Assembly (NCBI GenBank): GCA_977016875.1
Contig: CDRNST010000070.1
Location: 744,001 to 808,000, forward strand
DNA length: 64,000 nucleotides
From: Pavona decussata
Lineage: Eukaryota
Direction: 5' to 3'
Positions 62,126 through 64,000 of this stretch are shown piece by piece; within the stretch, counting starts at the first letter, position 1, and the number at the start of each line of letters is the position of its first letter. The notes below the pieces were generated by a model, which made no database searches, was not told the origin of the DNA, and saw only the letters and a program-made list of their open reading frames with translations. A program made the translations under genes and the position numbers.

Positions 62126-64000
62126 ATGGGAAGCTTTTTATTATTAAATTAAGAAAAATGTTTAAAAAATAGGCTCCTTATTCAGAGACCTAAATTCGTG
62201 TTGGTGAATATAACTGATATATTTAGAACAACTGGCGTTAACAAATACAGGAAATATAAAAAAATAGAAATTATTTTTAATTTAAAAAAAGTTTCGTAAG
62301 GCGAATGTACATAAAACCCGCTAGAAACATGCAGGACACGAGATCTTTGCAAGCGCTAATTATTTTGTTCAAACAATTAGTTTTCATTTGGAAAGATATC
62401 AATGCATTGTATAGTTTGAAAAATGTGTTTTTAGAATTTCAAATGAAGTGGTGGCAGAGGTCATGAAAAAACATGGAGTCAGTATTGTGTGATGTGACAC
62501 ACTCGGCATTGATAACTTTTATACTATTTATGAAACAAATGTAAATTAAATTAATAGGACTGAATGATAAAATAAAATTGTTTGAATCACTTCAGAACTT
62601 GTCATGTTAAGGTAATGGTGTCCAGGGGACAAACACTTTAACACAGGACTTGCAACGCAACAACTTTAATCACTGATCGGACGCATAAACACTTGACAAA
62701 CACTTCACTTCGATTTCCCACCTGTGTTACTGACAGACGCACGCGCCGTAAAACCTATACGAGAATATATTCGTCACTGACTAAACAGAATTCTGAAAAC
62801 GTTACATCAGGGCTAACAACGTACCAAACGATGGGAAAACCAGAGAAATCGATCGCCACAAGTCGGTAGCGTATGGTTTCTTGTAGTCCCTTACAGTGGT
62901 AGCCTCAACAGATAGAGTAGTACAGTTGGGTGGTTAAAGACATCACCTTTGAGTGGAAGGTGGATTGGCGATACAAACTTCATGTGTGAATCATCATGTG
63001 GTTCTTATGCAGAGCCATTGCTGATCACCCTTGAGTAAAGTCTGCCTCGTTTTCCTCTCAAAGGCTAGGTCGCTTTGCACACAACTTTAGCGGGCAACTG
63101 ACTATGGTGCGAAATCTATTCCCACCGAAAGTAAAAAAAAAACAAAACAAACCGCTGTACCATAAGATACTTAGAGTGCATTCTTTTGTGACGATTCTGA
63201 CTATTCTTTTTCCCGTTCAGGAATAACATAATGCCCAGAATTTCAGTTCTCAAAATGCACAATTCCCCCTTTTTCCCATTAAACCGAACACCTTCCCAAA
63301 AGAACGCAATTCCTCTCATTCTGAGTAAACTGTTTTCCGTTTATTCTAGAATGAACGTACGGAATAGTGGTTCTTTGGTCAATAAACCACAGTGGCGGTA
63401 AGTTATTCGTATATCGTGAAAACTTAGAGTTGCTTTTAGGTTTAACGAGGTTTATTAAGAAAAGCAAAGGCAGATATATAACTTATCTTGCGTTCTGTCT
63501 TGTTAGCATGCAAAGAGTTATGCGAGTTAACTTCTTGCATTTAAATAATAACCCTTTTACCGTTTTATAGGGTTTTAACTCTCTCAGATTTTAACTAGTT
63601 GTTTATTAGCCCTGGCTTCGCTTCAAACAATGAAAGCCGCATCCGGCTTTACAGACAGTTCACTATGAGGTAGGGAATAAGAGCTCAAGTGAAATAAAGG
63701 GCTGGCTATTTCGGCGAAGTTCAGATGGTGTTTAACAAAATCCCGGTCTGAACCGATTTTATAATGGCCAACGCACATAGTCAAACGTTCTGTAAAAGGA
63801 GTCAAGAAGGCATCAAGCCTGGGAGGGTGGGGGGTACTCAAAAAAATTTAATACAGGGAGGCTCCGCCCCGAGGTCCGACCCCTTACCCTTTTATATACC
63901 ATTTTTGGCAGAAAAAGGTACCCCTTTCGTATACCTTCCATTGGAAAATACGGAAAACCCCTTTTAAATACTTAAATGACGGATTGCCCTGCCCTTTCAT

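Noticed and set aside
62123-62155. Stop-codon readthrough giving ICL a peroxisomal signal
   Set aside because: The context is TGA-ATG rather than TGA-CTA, and the extension (MGSFLLLN) has no PTS1.

Overview
This is AT-rich, intron-containing animal genomic DNA with GT-AG introns, microsatellites and many short transposon-derived repeats. Gene content and repeat types suggest a cnidarian, most likely a stony coral (inference). Spliced genes reconstructed by hand, in order: a single-domain rhodanese (+, 3 exons); PDX2 (-, 2 exons) head-to-head with PDX1 (+, 8 exons), 429 bp between start codons, together a complete de novo vitamin B6 (PLP) synthase; two caspases (-) produced by a ~6.4/7.0-kb tandem duplication; a GAS2-like CH+GAR cytolinker (+, 7 exons) with tRNA-Asn(GTT) and tRNA-Arg(ACG) in an intron; and a short, bacterial-length isocitrate lyase (+, 3 exons) with a mitochondrial-type N-terminus. 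Four things stand out. (1) The PDX1/PDX2 bidirectional unit and ICL are pathways most animals lack. (2) The caspase duplicate lost its first exon but kept the catalytic domain and diverged mainly in substrate-binding loops. (3) Penelope-like fragments carry minimal hammerhead ribozymes and a twin-priming-type inversion. (4) Several 45-58 bp TIR elements have perfect target-site duplications. All coordinates were read manually; no database searches were run.
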